64,000 bases of DNA from Bdellovibrionales bacterium (lineage in GTDB: Bacteria > Bdellovibrionota > Bdellovibrionia > Bdellovibrionales > UBA1609), in contig JAWLHR010000003.1 in NCBI GenBank assembly GCA_041690295.1, positions 1-64,000 on the forward strand, given 5' to 3'. A model generated the notes under the pieces. The model worked only from the letters and a program-made list of their open reading frames with translations. It ran no database searches and was not told the origin of the DNA. This document shows positions 41,476 through 53,736 of the stretch, in pieces. Each line of letters starts with the position of its first letter. The stretch's first letter is position 1. The position numbers and the translations under genes are program-made.

Positions 41476-42554
41476 GAGGCCGTGCCATTCGCGCTCTTCT
41501 TCAGCGCTTCGGTTTGATAGTGGGTGACCAAGGCGTCAATGATCGGATTGAATTCGCCGTTCATTACCGCATCGATCGAGTGCAAGGTCAGACCGATCCG
41601 ATGATCGGTGACGCGTGATTGAGGAAAATTATAGGTGCGAATGCGTTCGGAGCGGTCCCCGGTCCCGATTTGCGCCAGACGGGCGTCCGACGCTTCTTTC
41701 ATCGCCTTTTCTTCCTCCATCTGCTTGAGCCGCGAATATAAAATCTTAAGAGCTTTTTCGCGGTTGGAGTGCTGCGACTTTCCTTCCTGACAGTAAACCA
41801 CGATGCCCGTCGGAATATGCGTAACCCTCACGGCGGATTCAGTCCGGTTCACCGATTGTCCGCCGGATCCACTCGCCCGCATCACGTCTATTCGTAATTC
41901 CGCCGGATTCACTTTCACTTCCGCTTCTTCAGCTTCCGGAATAATCGCCACCGTCACGGTGGATGTGTGAATGCGGCCCGAAGCTTCCGTCTTCGGTACA
42001 CGCTGAACCCGGTGAACGCCGCTTTCGTACTTCAACAAAGAGTAAACTTTGTCGCCGCTGATTGAAGCGATGACTTCCTTGTATCCGCCCACATTTCCCT
42101 CGGAAATCGACATGATTTCCACGTTCCAACCTTTTGAGGCGGCGTAATGGGTGTAAGCGCGAAAGAGCTCCTGCGCGAACAAACTGGCCTCATCCCCGCC
42201 CGCACCGGCGCGGATTTCCATAATGATGTTCTTGTCGTCATTCGGATCCTTGGGCAGTAGCAGGATCTTCAACTGCTTTTCAAGCGCCGCGACCTTTTCT
42301 TCCAGGGCGCCGATTTCCTCTTTGGCCATCTCACGCAAATCCGGATCACTCTCGGTTTCCAAAATTTGCTTATTGCCTTCGAGATCCGATTTCGCCTTCT
42401 TGTACTCGCGAAAAACGTCGACAACCTCCTTGAGGTCCGACATCTCTTTCATCATCGAACGATAGCGTTTCTGATCATTCGCGATACCGGGTTCCATCAA
42501 GGACTGCTGGATCTGTTCGTATCGCTTTTCGACTTCAGTGAGTTTGTTAAGCAT
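41472..42554 (-). CDS. prfA: Peptide chain release factor 1
   Basis: [20 protein letters not shown]. Confidence 0.97.
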   Translation of the reverse strand: MLNKLTEVEKRYEQIQQSLMEPGIANDQKRYRSMMKEMSDLKEVVDVFREYKKAKSDLEGNKQILETESDPDLREMAKEEIGALEEKVAALEKQLKILLLPKDPNDDKNIIMEIRAGAGGDEASLFAQELFRAYTHYAASKGWNVEIMSISEGNVGGYKEVIASISGDKVYSLLKYESGVHRVQRVPKTEASGRIHTSTVTVAIIPEAEEAEVKVNPAELRIDVMRASGSGGQSVNRTESAVRVTHIPTGIVVYCQEGKSQHSNREKALKILYSRLKQMEEEKAMKEASDARLAQIGTGDRSERIRTYNFPQSRVTDHRIGLTLHSIDAVMNGEFNPIIDALVTHYQTEALKKSANGTAS

Positions 42555-42567
42555 GGCGGGGCGGCAG

Positions 42568-44190
42568 CTAACCGCCCATGGACGCTAAGAATTCCGAGTT
42601 GGTCTTGGTGTGTTGGAGTTTATCCAGCAAAAACTCCATGCTATCGACCACGTTCATCGGTGCGAGAACTTTTCTCAGAATCCACAAGCGGTTCAATTCG
42701 TTTTTGTCGATCAAAAGGTCTTCTTTACGGGTTCCCGATTTGTTGATGTCCATACACGGGAAGATCCGTTTTTCCATGAGCTTGCGATCCAAATGGATTT
42801 CGGAGTTACCGGTTCCTTTGAACTCTTCGAAAATAACTTCATCCATTCGCGAACCGGTATCGATCAAGGCGGTGGCGATGATGGTCAAGCTTCCGCCTTC
42901 TTCGATATTCCGGGCGGCACCGAAGAATCGTTTTGGTTTATGAAGCGCGTTTGAGTCCACACCACCGGAGAGAATCTTGCCCGAGGGCGGAACCACCGTG
43001 TTGTAGGCGCGGGCCAGACGTGTAATCGAGTCAAGCAAAATCACCACGTCGTGCTTGTGCTCAACCAAACGTTTGGCTTTTTCAATCACCATCTCAGCCA
43101 CTTGCACGTGTCGAGTGGGCGGTTCATCGAAGGTTGACGAAATAACCTCGCCCTTCACCGTGCGCATCATATCGGTCACTTCTTCGGGCCGTTCATCGAT
43201 CAGCAACACGATGAGAATGACTTCCGGGTGGTTCTTGGCGATGGCATTGGCGATGTTTTGCATCAGCACCGTTTTACCGGTGCGCGGAGGAGCAACGATC
43301 AATGCCCGTTGTCCTTTCCCAAGCGGAGCCATGAGATCCACAACCCGAGTTGTGAATTCTTTAGGATCGTATTCCAACTTCAGGCGCTCGTTCGGATAAA
43401 GCGGCGTCAAGTTATCAAAAAGAATCTTGTCCCGCGCTTTTTCCAGCGGCTCGTGATTGAGCGTATCGACTTTCAATAAAGCAAAGTAGCGCTCACCTTC
43501 TTTAGGGGGGCGAACCGTACCACTGACCGTGTCACCGGTGCGAAGCCCGAAGCGGCGGATTTGCGAAGGGCTGACGTAAATATCGTCGGGCCCGGGTAGA
43601 TAGTTGTAATCCGGAGAGCGCAAAAAGCCGTATCCATCCGGCAAAATCTCCAAAACACCATTACCGTAAATGTCGCCCAACTGAGCGGCGCGCTTGAGAA
43701 TTTCGAAAACCATATCCTGGCGACGAAGCCCGGCGGCGTTTTCGATCTTCAGTTTCAACGCCAACTGCGTCAGTTCGCGAATGTCTTTGGATTTAAGGTT
43801 TTTCGAATTGAGTTCTTTACGCTCTTCCTCGGTCAGGTTGATCTCGGAAAGATCAACTGGCTTGGTTTCCTCATGATTTTGCTCATCCCCATTTAAATCG
43901 GGGCGATGGTCCATTCCGTTCATAGGCGGTTGCGCGTTCTGATATCCTCCCCGGTCACCGTTACGATCGCGGTGTCGGTGGTTTTGGTACTGCTTTTTCC
44001 CCCCACGGTGATCATTCCGGTCACGGTGGTGGCGTGACTTGAACTGTCTGCGTCCCCCTCCGTCCTCTCTCTCGGTTTGCGCGGGTTCAGCGGTGGCTTC
44101 CACCGTGGCCGTTCCTGAGGCCTTAGGTTTTTCATCCGCGGTAGGTACTTCTATCACTTCACTTTTGGTTTTCGGGTTTTGGTTATCCAA
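42568..44190 (-). CDS. rho: Transcription termination factor Rho with long N-terminal extension
   Basis: [24 protein letters not shown]. Confidence 0.98.
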   Translation of the reverse strand: MDNQNPKTKSEVIEVPTADEKPKASGTATVEATAEPAQTEREDGGGRRQFKSRHHRDRNDHRGGKKQYQNHRHRDRNGDRGGYQNAQPPMNGMDHRPDLNGDEQNHEETKPVDLSEINLTEEERKELNSKNLKSKDIRELTQLALKLKIENAAGLRRQDMVFEILKRAAQLGDIYGNGVLEILPDGYGFLRSPDYNYLPGPDDIYVSPSQIRRFGLRTGDTVSGTVRPPKEGERYFALLKVDTLNHEPLEKARDKILFDNLTPLYPNERLKLEYDPKEFTTRVVDLMAPLGKGQRALIVAPPRTGKTVLMQNIANAIAKNHPEVILIVLLIDERPEEVTDMMRTVKGEVISSTFDEPPTRHVQVAEMVIEKAKRLVEHKHDVVILLDSITRLARAYNTVVPPSGKILSGGVDSNALHKPKRFFGAARNIEEGGSLTIIATALIDTGSRMDEVIFEEFKGTGNSEIHLDRKLMEKRIFPCMDINKSGTRKEDLLIDKNELNRLWILRKVLAPMNVVDSMEFLLDKLQHTKTNSEFLASMGG

Positions 44191-44454
44191 AGGATCTCTT
44201 TTGTAAGGGTTAGGTTTATTTTATTTAAAACGTCTGATTTGACCTATTTGACCTGAAACTGATGTTTCGAGGATTTACGCAGATCTATTGTTAGTGAACA
44301 CCTTCTATTTATGAAGCATAGGGTGATTTTGTCAACCCAGTGCCTTAATCAGGCACGTTTTGCGTCGCACAATGAGACTGTTTTAAAACCGAACAGTATT
44401 TTCTCAAAACCGTTCAATTGGTTGACGCTCAAAGCCGTAAATTGGGGAGATCCC

Positions 44455-44481
44455 TCAACTTTTTACAAATCAAGCCGATCT
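44455..44481 (+). promoter_or_regulatory. Probable sigma28 (FliA) promoter
   Basis: TCAA-N15-GCCGATCT upstream of the PilZ gene. Confidence 0.55.
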
Positions 44482-44505
44482 ATTAAGAACGGAGACGGAG
44501 GACCT

Positions 44506-44877
44506 ATGGACACCAAGCAAGATAAGGTACCGGCACCGCGGATTCCTCTGCAAATGACTGTTGAGTTCCGCAAGAGTTACGGCCGTCAAAATTCAAAGGG
44601 CATCCTTAAGAATATCAGTCTCACCGGCGCTTTCCTTGAAACCAACAACGCCGAGTTGGCGCCGACCGATAAAGTTGTTTTGGAAATCGTCGTCAGCGAA
44701 CGTCGCCGTAAAATGCCCGCCACGATCATTTGGAAAAATTCTTCAGGATGCGGCGTACAGTTTCATCCCTTTAACCGTCGTGATGTGCAGATTGTGGATG
44801 ACCTGATGTATTTCGTCCAGAACCGCCGGGAGTTCCGGCGAAACATTCTGGACGATATCTTTAAACAAGCGGCTTAA
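44506..44877 (+). CDS. PilZ domain protein
   Basis: PAPR, NISLTGAF, GCGVQF; GGAGGA RBS. Confidence 0.85.
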   Translation: MDTKQDKVPAPRIPLQMTVEFRKSYGRQNSKGILKNISLTGAFLETNNAELAPTDKVVLEIVVSERRRKMPATIIWKNSSGCGVQFHPFNRRDVQIVDDLMYFVQNRREFRRNILDDIFKQAA

Positions 44878-44881
44878 TTGA

Positions 44882-46288
44882 TCATTCAATCTGGGTCTGC
44901 GTCGTCGTATTGAAATCGATTTGGCGACGCGCCCGTTTCTTGCGAATCGAGATAAAGAGCGCGGCGGCCATCAATAACAGAATCGCGCCTAATCCCAGCA
45001 TCATTGTTTGATCTTCCTGCGATTCCATCATTCCCATTTCACCGCCCGTCGCGCCTGTGTCAGTTGGCGGCGGTGGTGGCGGTGGAGGAGGAGGCGGTGG
45101 CGGCGGCGGTTCAACCGAGCCCGCCATGGCCGGATCCGGAGATGGCGGAAGATCATTTTGCGCCATCTGATCAGGTGCGGGTGGTGGTGGTGGAGGCGCA
45201 TTCATATCATCCATTGGTGGAGCCGCGCCATCCTGGAGCATTTGATCCGGCATTTCCGGCATTGGTGGTGGCGGTGGAGCCGCGGCGGCCATATCGGGCG
45301 CGGGTGGAGTTTCCTCGGCTTGCGCGATCGGAGGAGCCGCCACGCTCGAATTCGGCCAGTATCTCAGTTGTGTTCCTTCTTCGAGTTCCTGCTTGGACTC
45401 CACATCGTTGGTGGCCCAAATTTCCATCCAACTTCGATCATGACCCAAAAGTTCCTTGGCGACCGTGCGGATATTATCACCGGCTTTGGCGGTGTAAATT
45501 TCCGGCGGGATCCCTTGGTCTTCGTAATATGTCCTTACAGTCTGATCGTCGTCGGGACGCTGCGGGGAATTGTAATAGTATTTGTCGCCGACTTTGATCC
45601 CACGCGAGCAATTGTATTTGTTGATCGTACAGATCTGATCCACCGTGGAGCCGACTTTTTGGGCGATGCTTTCAACGGTATCACCCTCGCGCGCGATGTA
45701 AATCGCGTTCACCAGGATCTTTCCATGTCTGTAAGGCGTGCTGTTGACTTTCTTCAATGATCCGACCGGAGTCGAAACACCCGTATCTCCCGAGGGTTCA
45801 GGAACGATTGGCGGCATCGATTCCGCCATGGACGCTGGTTCAGGTTCGGGAATCGGTTCAGAAGCGCCCGTATCACCGGCGTCAGAGTCGGCCGCATCAC
45901 TCATCGCGAATTCGTCGCCACCCGTATCGGCCATTCCCGAATCCAAACCGGCGTCACCGCTGGGCTCGGGCGTGGGCGATCCCGCATCGGCAAAATCGCC
46001 GGCGTCATTGGGCGTGACCTCACCGCCGCCCTCCGCGACCGCGGCATCGGATTCCAAATCACCGCCAAGATCATCTCCGAAGTCAGCGGCCAGAGAACCA
46101 TCGCCTCCTTCGCTACTGGCTTCTAAATCGGTGCTTCCACCATCCTCGAATGATCCCGAGTCATCTAGAGAGGCGTCGCCCGCCACTTCAACATCGGCGC
46201 CTGCTTCTTCTTCACTGGGTTTGGAGCTGCAGCCGGCTAAGGCAAGGCCCATGACGGCGAGGGTGAGAATCACATACTTCCTGAACAT
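44882..46288 (-). CDS. LysM-domain lipoprotein with acidic and poly-Pro linkers and C-terminal TM
   Basis: LAGC lipobox; YIAREGDTVESIA and YTAKAGDNIRTVA LysM-like repeats; Pro runs; TM plus basic tail. Confidence 0.75.
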   Translation of the reverse strand: MFRKYVILTLAVMGLALAGCSSKPSEEEAGADVEVAGDASLDDSGSFEDGGSTDLEASSEGGDGSLAADFGDDLGGDLESDAAVAEGGGEVTPNDAGDFADAGSPTPEPSGDAGLDSGMADTGGDEFAMSDAADSDAGDTGASEPIPEPEPASMAESMPPIVPEPSGDTGVSTPVGSLKKVNSTPYRHGKILVNAIYIAREGDTVESIAQKVGSTVDQICTINKYNCSRGIKVGDKYYYNSPQRPDDDQTVRTYYEDQGIPPEIYTAKAGDNIRTVAKELLGHDRSWMEIWATNDVESKQELEEGTQLRYWPNSSVAAPPIAQAEETPPAPDMAAAAPPPPPMPEMPDQMLQDGAAPPMDDMNAPPPPPPAPDQMAQNDLPPSPDPAMAGSVEPPPPPPPPPPPPPPPTDTGATGGEMGMMESQEDQTMMLGLGAILLLMAAALFISIRKKRARRQIDFNTTTQTQIE

Positions 46289-46389
46289 GACGTTACCTCA
46301 ATGGAGTTAGACTTCCAGATTTAATTACAGCACACACTCGAAATCAGAGAAAAGATTTATTCGAGCGAGCCGGACGTAGGTTGGACCGA

Positions 46390-46884
46390 CTATTGTCGGG
46401 CGTCTTTGGCCGGTTTCAAGCTTTTCATCAAGAGCTTCGAACCGGTTTTCGAGATCAGCTTAAGCTCGGCGCCCAGCTTGATCTTTCGGCGGCTAAACCA
46501 ACCTTTATTCATCTCCAGGGCGAAAAGCGCGGGCTTTCGGCTTACGTAAGAAGGCAGAGTCACTCCGGTTGCCACTTTCATTTCCTGGATGTCGACCAAC
46601 TCGCCTTTGGCATTGATAAAGCCGATGCTGAGCGGGATCAATGTGTTTTTCATCCAGAAAGAAAGATGGTGTTCCTCTTCAAAAACAAAGAGCATTCCGG
46701 TGTCCTCAGGTAATTCCCGGATGAACATCAAACCTTTCGCGCGACGATCATCCGTGTCCGCGATGTACGCGTGGAACTTTTGCTCACCTAATTTGAACTC
46801 GGCCTTTTCATAGTTGGACGATAGATCCCGCGCGAAAACCCGCGGAAGACTGATCAGGATTAACGCGATAAGAATTCTTGCCAT
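46390..46884 (-). CDS. DUF192 family protein
   Basis: RAKGLMF, GMLFVF, FWMKNTLIPL. Confidence 0.9.
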   Translation of the reverse strand: MARILIALILISLPRVFARDLSSNYEKAEFKLGEQKFHAYIADTDDRRAKGLMFIRELPEDTGMLFVFEEEHHLSFWMKNTLIPLSIGFINAKGELVDIQEMKVATGVTLPSYVSRKPALFALEMNKGWFSRRKIKLGAELKLISKTGSKLLMKSLKPAKDARQ

Positions 46885-47771
46885 GCTAATGCCACCCCAT
46901 AACGAACTCCGCGCGTGGACACCGTCAACTCTTCCCGCCGCAACGCCCGCAGCGCGCTCGCCAGAATCAGCGATCCCGCCACGATAACATCGGCGCGCTT
47001 CGGTTCCATTCCGCGCAAGGACTCCCTCTCTGCCACCGACATACCAGCCAATTTCTCGATCCACCGCTCAATGCGCTCGAGCCGCAGTTTATACCCGTTC
47101 ACTTTTTCTTCACTGAAATCGCAAGCCTGGTCCAGCATCGCCAGCGTTGTGGGCGTGCCCGCCACGGCGATCACTTCTCCGGTTTCGATTTGACCAAGGC
47201 CGGCCTCGGAAAATTTCTGAGCGCTGTATTCCCTGGTCCTTTGAAGTTCATTCGCTTTTACTGGATGCGCACTGATGAACATTTCCGTGAGCCGCACGCT
47301 CCCCACATCGACACTGACTCCATTCACGCGATTCCGATCTCCATGAATGATTTCCGTCGAGCCGCCGCCCACATCGATCACGGCCATTTGACCCCATGAA
47401 GCGCGATCCGATAGAGCGCCCGCGAATGTGAGCCGGGCTTCACGCTCTCCATCGATAATGTGAATGGGAATAGAGAACTCGCGCGCGAGATCGATCAATT
47501 CTTGGGAATTGGAAGCATCACGCGCGGCACTGGTGGCCACGGCAATCACATGTTCACACGCGAATTTTTTAATGAACCGGCTGTATTCTTCGAAACAGGA
47601 GCGCATTCGGGCCAAGGCTTCGGGATGAAACCGGCGGTTGGCGTGCACACCCTGACCTAAACGAGTCACACGCGATTCATCGGCCAATACATTCGTTACA
47701 CGGTTGCCGTTCACATCCGCAATCAGCATTAAGGATGTATTGGAGCCTAAATCCAGTGCGGCAACCCGCAT
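46860..47771 (-). CDS. ppx: Ppx/GppA family phosphatase
   Basis: DLGSNT, ATSAARDA, DVGGGSTE. Confidence 0.9.
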   Translation of the reverse strand: MRVAALDLGSNTSLMLIADVNGNRVTNVLADESRVTRLGQGVHANRRFHPEALARMRSCFEEYSRFIKKFACEHVIAVATSAARDASNSQELIDLAREFSIPIHIIDGEREARLTFAGALSDRASWGQMAVIDVGGGSTEIIHGDRNRVNGVSVDVGSVRLTEMFISAHPVKANELQRTREYSAQKFSEAGLGQIETGEVIAVAGTPTTLAMLDQACDFSEEKVNGYKLRLERIERWIEKLAGMSVAERESLRGMEPKRADVIVAGSLILASALRALRREELTVSTRGVRYGVALAWQEFLSR

Positions 47772-47772
47772 G

Positions 47773-49206
47773 TCACCCCTTGAGCTTGGCTTGTAGAATT
47801 TGATTCACGATCTCCGGATTCGCTTGCCCCTTGGACGCCTTCATCACTTGTCCAACAAAGAATCCAAACAACTTCTGCTTTCCGCCCCGATATTCAGCCA
47901 CCGCGCTGGCGTTTTTTGCCAAAACTTCGTCGACGATTTTTTCAATGGCGCCTTGATCCGTGATCTGGGCCATCCCTTTTTCTTTGACGATGTCTTTGGG
48001 CGGCTTTCCTGATTTCCACATCTCAGTGAAAACCTCTTTGGCCATTTTTCCGGAAATCTCCTTGGAGTCGATCATCACGATCAACTGAGCTAAATTTTCA
48101 GCCGAGATCGGAGATTGATCCACTTCCAGTTTGGCTTCGTTCAATTCCCTCAGCAGCTCCACCATGATCCAATTGGACGCCGCCTTGGGATTCTTCGCGC
48201 CGGCCGCCACCTTTTCAAAGTAATCCGCCAATGACTTCTCCGCGGTCAGCACGAAGGAATCGTAGGCGGGGAGACCGAATTGCTCTTGAAACCTTCGCGC
48301 CCTTGCCAGAGGAAGCTCGGGCAAGTCGGAGCGCAGGCGTTCGATAAAACTTTTTTCCAAACGTAACGGCAACAAGTCGGGATCCGGAAAGTAGCGGTAA
48401 TCGTGCGCTTCTTCTTTGGACCGCATCGAGAAGGTCCGATTTTTGGTGGAATCGTAAAGCCGAGTTTCCTGAATCAGTTTTTCACCGCTTTCCACCGCAT
48501 CAATTTGTCGTTGAATTTCGTATTCCAATGCTTTTTCGATGAAGCGAAACGAGTTGATGTTCTTTAATTCAACTTTGGTTCCGAATTTATCCGTACCTTT
48601 CTTGCGCACACTCACATTGCAATCGCAACGCATGGAACCTTCTTCCAGGTTCCCGTCGCAAACACCGAGGTAGCGCAAAATCTTACGAACGGTGCGCGCG
48701 TATTCCGCGGCTTCCGCGGGTGAACGCATATCCGGTCCCGAAACGATTTCGAGAAGCGGGATTCCGGCGCGGTTCAGGTTGATCAAAGTGAAATCACCCG
48801 AATGCAACGACTTGCCCGCATCCTCTTCCAAGTGGGCGCGTTCAATACGAACACGCTTGATTTCCCCATCCAAAAAGTAATCCACGTATCCGTTTTCACA
48901 GATGGGCTCGTCGTATTGGGATATTTGATAGCCCTTGGGCAGATCCGGGTAAAAATAATTCTTTCGTGCGAACACCGACTTTTCGCGGATTTGACAATTC
49001 AACGCCATGCCGGTCCGAATCGCGAACTCAACCGCGCGGGCATTTAATGTCGGCAAAGCTCCGGGCATTCCAAGACTCACGGGATTCGTATTTTCATTGT
49101 CACCGCCGCCAAACGCGGTCGAATCCGAGGAAAACATTTTGCTCTCGGTCAACAACTGCGCGTGGATTTCAAGACCGATCACCGCTTCCCAATCACTGTA
49201 AGACAT
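47773..49206 (-). CDS. gatB: Asp/Glu-tRNA amidotransferase subunit B
   Basis: IGLEIHAQL, YPDLPKGYQISQ, DYRYFPDPDL. Confidence 0.98.
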   Translation of the reverse strand: MSYSDWEAVIGLEIHAQLLTESKMFSSDSTAFGGGDNENTNPVSLGMPGALPTLNARAVEFAIRTGMALNCQIREKSVFARKNYFYPDLPKGYQISQYDEPICENGYVDYFLDGEIKRVRIERAHLEEDAGKSLHSGDFTLINLNRAGIPLLEIVSGPDMRSPAEAAEYARTVRKILRYLGVCDGNLEEGSMRCDCNVSVRKKGTDKFGTKVELKNINSFRFIEKALEYEIQRQIDAVESGEKLIQETRLYDSTKNRTFSMRSKEEAHDYRYFPDPDLLPLRLEKSFIERLRSDLPELPLARARRFQEQFGLPAYDSFVLTAEKSLADYFEKVAAGAKNPKAASNWIMVELLRELNEAKLEVDQSPISAENLAQLIVMIDSKEISGKMAKEVFTEMWKSGKPPKDIVKEKGMAQITDQGAIEKIVDEVLAKNASAVAEYRGGKQKLFGFFVGQVMKASKGQANPEIVNQILQAKLKG

Positions 49207-50665
49207 GCGGACGCTCCTTGATGGCCATGGCTTCTTCGATCACCGCGGCGACGTCGAACATCATCTGCTCATTGAAATGAGCGGTCAGGATCTGCACGCC
49301 GAGTGGGAGGCCTTCAGCGGAAAGGCCGCCAGGCACACTGATTCCCGGAATTCCAACGAGATTCGCACTCGTGGTGTAAATGTCATTCAAATACATTTTG
49401 AGCGGATCATTGATCCGAGCGCCCAGTTTAAAGGCGGGTTCGGTGGTCACGGGGCCGATCAGAAAATCACATTGCTTGAAAACGTCGATGAACTGCTGTC
49501 GCAACAATCGCCGAACCTGACACGCTTTCTTGTAGTACGCATCGTAATATCCGCTTGAGAGCGCATAGGTCCCAAGAATAACCCGCCGTTTGACTTCCGT
49601 GCCGAAACCTTCGCCCCGGGTTCGACTGTAAAATTCAGCCAGATCTTCCGCCGGCCGTTTCGTAAAGTCCGCCCGGTAACCGTAGCGAACGCCGTCGTAA
49701 CGGGCGAGATTGCTTGAAGCCTCACTGGTGGCGACCAGGTAATAAATCGGAACCGCCATGTCAGTGAGAGGTAAAGACACTTCCACAATTTCAACACCCG
49801 CGCCTCGCACCACTTCAATGGCGCGCTCAACGACTTTACGCATCTCAGGGCTCAAAGCATCCGAAAAGTATTCTTTCGGCAAGCCCGCTTTCTTGCCTTT
49901 CAAATTTTTGTTGATGTTCGAACTCCAGCGCGGCACCGGAACATTGGCGCTGGTGGAATCCAAAGGATCACGGCCGGCGATTGTTTCTAAAACAAGGGCC
50001 GCATCCTCAACGGTTCGGGTGATCGGACCCGCTTGATCCAAACTTGAAGCAAAGGCCACAATGCCATACCGGCTCACGCGTCCATAAGTCGGCTTGACGC
50101 CCACTAAACCACAAAAACTCGCCGGCTGGCGAATCGAGCCACCGGTGTCCGTACCGATCGCGGCACTCGCCATACCCGCGGCTACGGCCGCCGCCGAACC
50201 CCCACTGGAGCCGCCGGGAACGTATTCTAAATTCCACGGATTGCGAGTGGTTCCGAAATAGGAAGTTTCATTACTGGAACCCATGGCGAACTCGTCTTGA
50301 TTGGCCTTACCAAGGGTGATCGATCCCGCGGCTTCCAATCGCTCCACCACCGTGGCGGAATAGGGTGGGATGAAATTTTCCAAAATTCTGGAGCCGGCGG
50401 TCGTACGAAGACCTTTCGTACAGAGCATGTCCTTGATGGCCAACGGCACACCCGCGAGCGGCCCGGGATTTTCTCCGCGAGCGATTTTCTGATCGACTTC
50501 TTCCGCCGCGGCCATCGCTTTTTCATTCAAAGTGATGTACGCGTTGATCTTACCGTTCCATTTTTCACTTTGCGCGAGGAAAGCTTTCGTCACTTCAGTG
50601 GCGGAAACTTTCTTACTTTGAACCGCGTTCACAATGGCTTTTAAACTGGATGTCAGGAGTTCCAT
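49193..50665 (-). CDS. gatA: Asp/Glu-tRNA amidotransferase subunit A
   Basis: GGSSGGS, DTGGSIRQP, SSNLARYDG. Confidence 0.98.
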   Translation of the reverse strand: MELLTSSLKAIVNAVQSKKVSATEVTKAFLAQSEKWNGKINAYITLNEKAMAAAEEVDQKIARGENPGPLAGVPLAIKDMLCTKGLRTTAGSRILENFIPPYSATVVERLEAAGSITLGKANQDEFAMGSSNETSYFGTTRNPWNLEYVPGGSSGGSAAAVAAGMASAAIGTDTGGSIRQPASFCGLVGVKPTYGRVSRYGIVAFASSLDQAGPITRTVEDAALVLETIAGRDPLDSTSANVPVPRWSSNINKNLKGKKAGLPKEYFSDALSPEMRKVVERAIEVVRGAGVEIVEVSLPLTDMAVPIYYLVATSEASSNLARYDGVRYGYRADFTKRPAEDLAEFYSRTRGEGFGTEVKRRVILGTYALSSGYYDAYYKKACQVRRLLRQQFIDVFKQCDFLIGPVTTEPAFKLGARINDPLKMYLNDIYTTSANLVGIPGISVPGGLSAEGLPLGVQILTAHFNEQMMFDVAAVIEEAMAIKERPHVLQ

Positions 50666-50952
50666 TATCCCACCACCGGCGGAACTTTAAACAAATGCCC
50701 AACGGCTTCGGGGGCGTTTTCAACCGCCGCTTCGGCGGCACCCGGCCAGGTTTCAACTTTGTCTTCGCGCCAAATAAATTCCATGTCCGTGGGAGTCACC
50801 AAAGGCTCAACGCCCGTGGTGTCGATTTTGGCGACCTGCTCGAAATGGTTCAACACCGTTGATAACTGGGCGGCGAGAGTTTTGGATTCCTCTTCACTCA
50901 ACGACAAACGTGCCAAATGGGCGACACGGGCCACTTCTTTCTCGGAAATCAT
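50665..50952 (-). CDS. gatC: Asp/Glu-tRNA amidotransferase subunit C
   Basis: VAHLARL...FKVPPV; start at MISEKE. Confidence 0.95.
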   Translation of the reverse strand: MISEKEVARVAHLARLSLSEEESKTLAAQLSTVLNHFEQVAKIDTTGVEPLVTPTDMEFIWREDKVETWPGAAEAAVENAPEAVGHLFKVPPVVG

Positions 50953-50974
50953 AATAGCTTTTCCTGTCTCATAG

Positions 50975-53068
<2,094 letters not shown>

Positions 53069-53283
53069 GGCCGGTCAATTAGGCCGACGCTTCAGGGAAA
53101 AATGATATCCGATCGCGATGCCCGAGAACGCGGATTTTATATCTTCCACGTTAAGTCCGTTGTCACCTGCGACTTCCCGTATGGCTTTCTGCGGATAAAG
53201 CAGCTCTATTTCAGGACGTGATCTTCTGCGGACACGCACGAAACCCGGCGTGTGCCCCACAAGTTCACAGCGGCGCCAAAAGC

Positions 53284-53309
53284 AAGGGAGCCCATAAGGC
53301 TCCCTTTTT
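53284..53309. terminator. Hairpin terminator between convergent ligA and histone genes
   Basis: aagggagcc-cataa-ggctccctt followed by T run. Confidence 0.7.
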
Positions 53310-53338
53310 GAAGTCGCGATTCAAAGTTCGAACATCAA

Positions 53339-53533
53339 TCAAAGGTGATCGATTACGATATCCCGAGCCATCACGGTTTTGCGACCATCGGCTTTTGCGG
53401 AATCAATGCCTTTTTGGCACAGCCGTTCCACGGCTTTACTCAAAATATCGATGGTTTCGGCCGAAGTGTTGCAACCGCCCTTTTCTTTAATGAACTTCTT
53501 AACTTTGCTGGTAACTACCAGAACGTCTGCCAT
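53339..53533 (-). CDS. Bacterial histone (Bd0055/HBb homologue)
   Basis: MADVLVVTSKVKKFIKEK...SAKADGRKTVMARDIVIDHL closely matches Bd0055 as recalled; GGAGGAG RBS. Confidence 0.93.
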   Translation of the reverse strand: MADVLVVTSKVKKFIKEKGGCNTSAETIDILSKAVERLCQKGIDSAKADGRKTVMARDIVIDHL

Positions 53534-53736
53534 GTGTTCTCCTCCACGCGGAATTCGAAACAAGATTAGCGTCATCTCAAATTAAAGGGAACGCCATTTG
53601 AAATTAGACACTGTGCCCAACAGCGGCGATGGGCCGTGGGAAGTGACAATAAAGGGCTCTTCAAACTAGCTAACTCATTGATTTGGGACATTAAATCCAC
53701 ATTTGGCCGGGCCTACATATTGCTCAGCGTTACGGC

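Noticed and set aside
45004..45760. Trp/Arg-rich plus-strand ORFs
   Set aside because: Antisense shadows of the poly-proline tract
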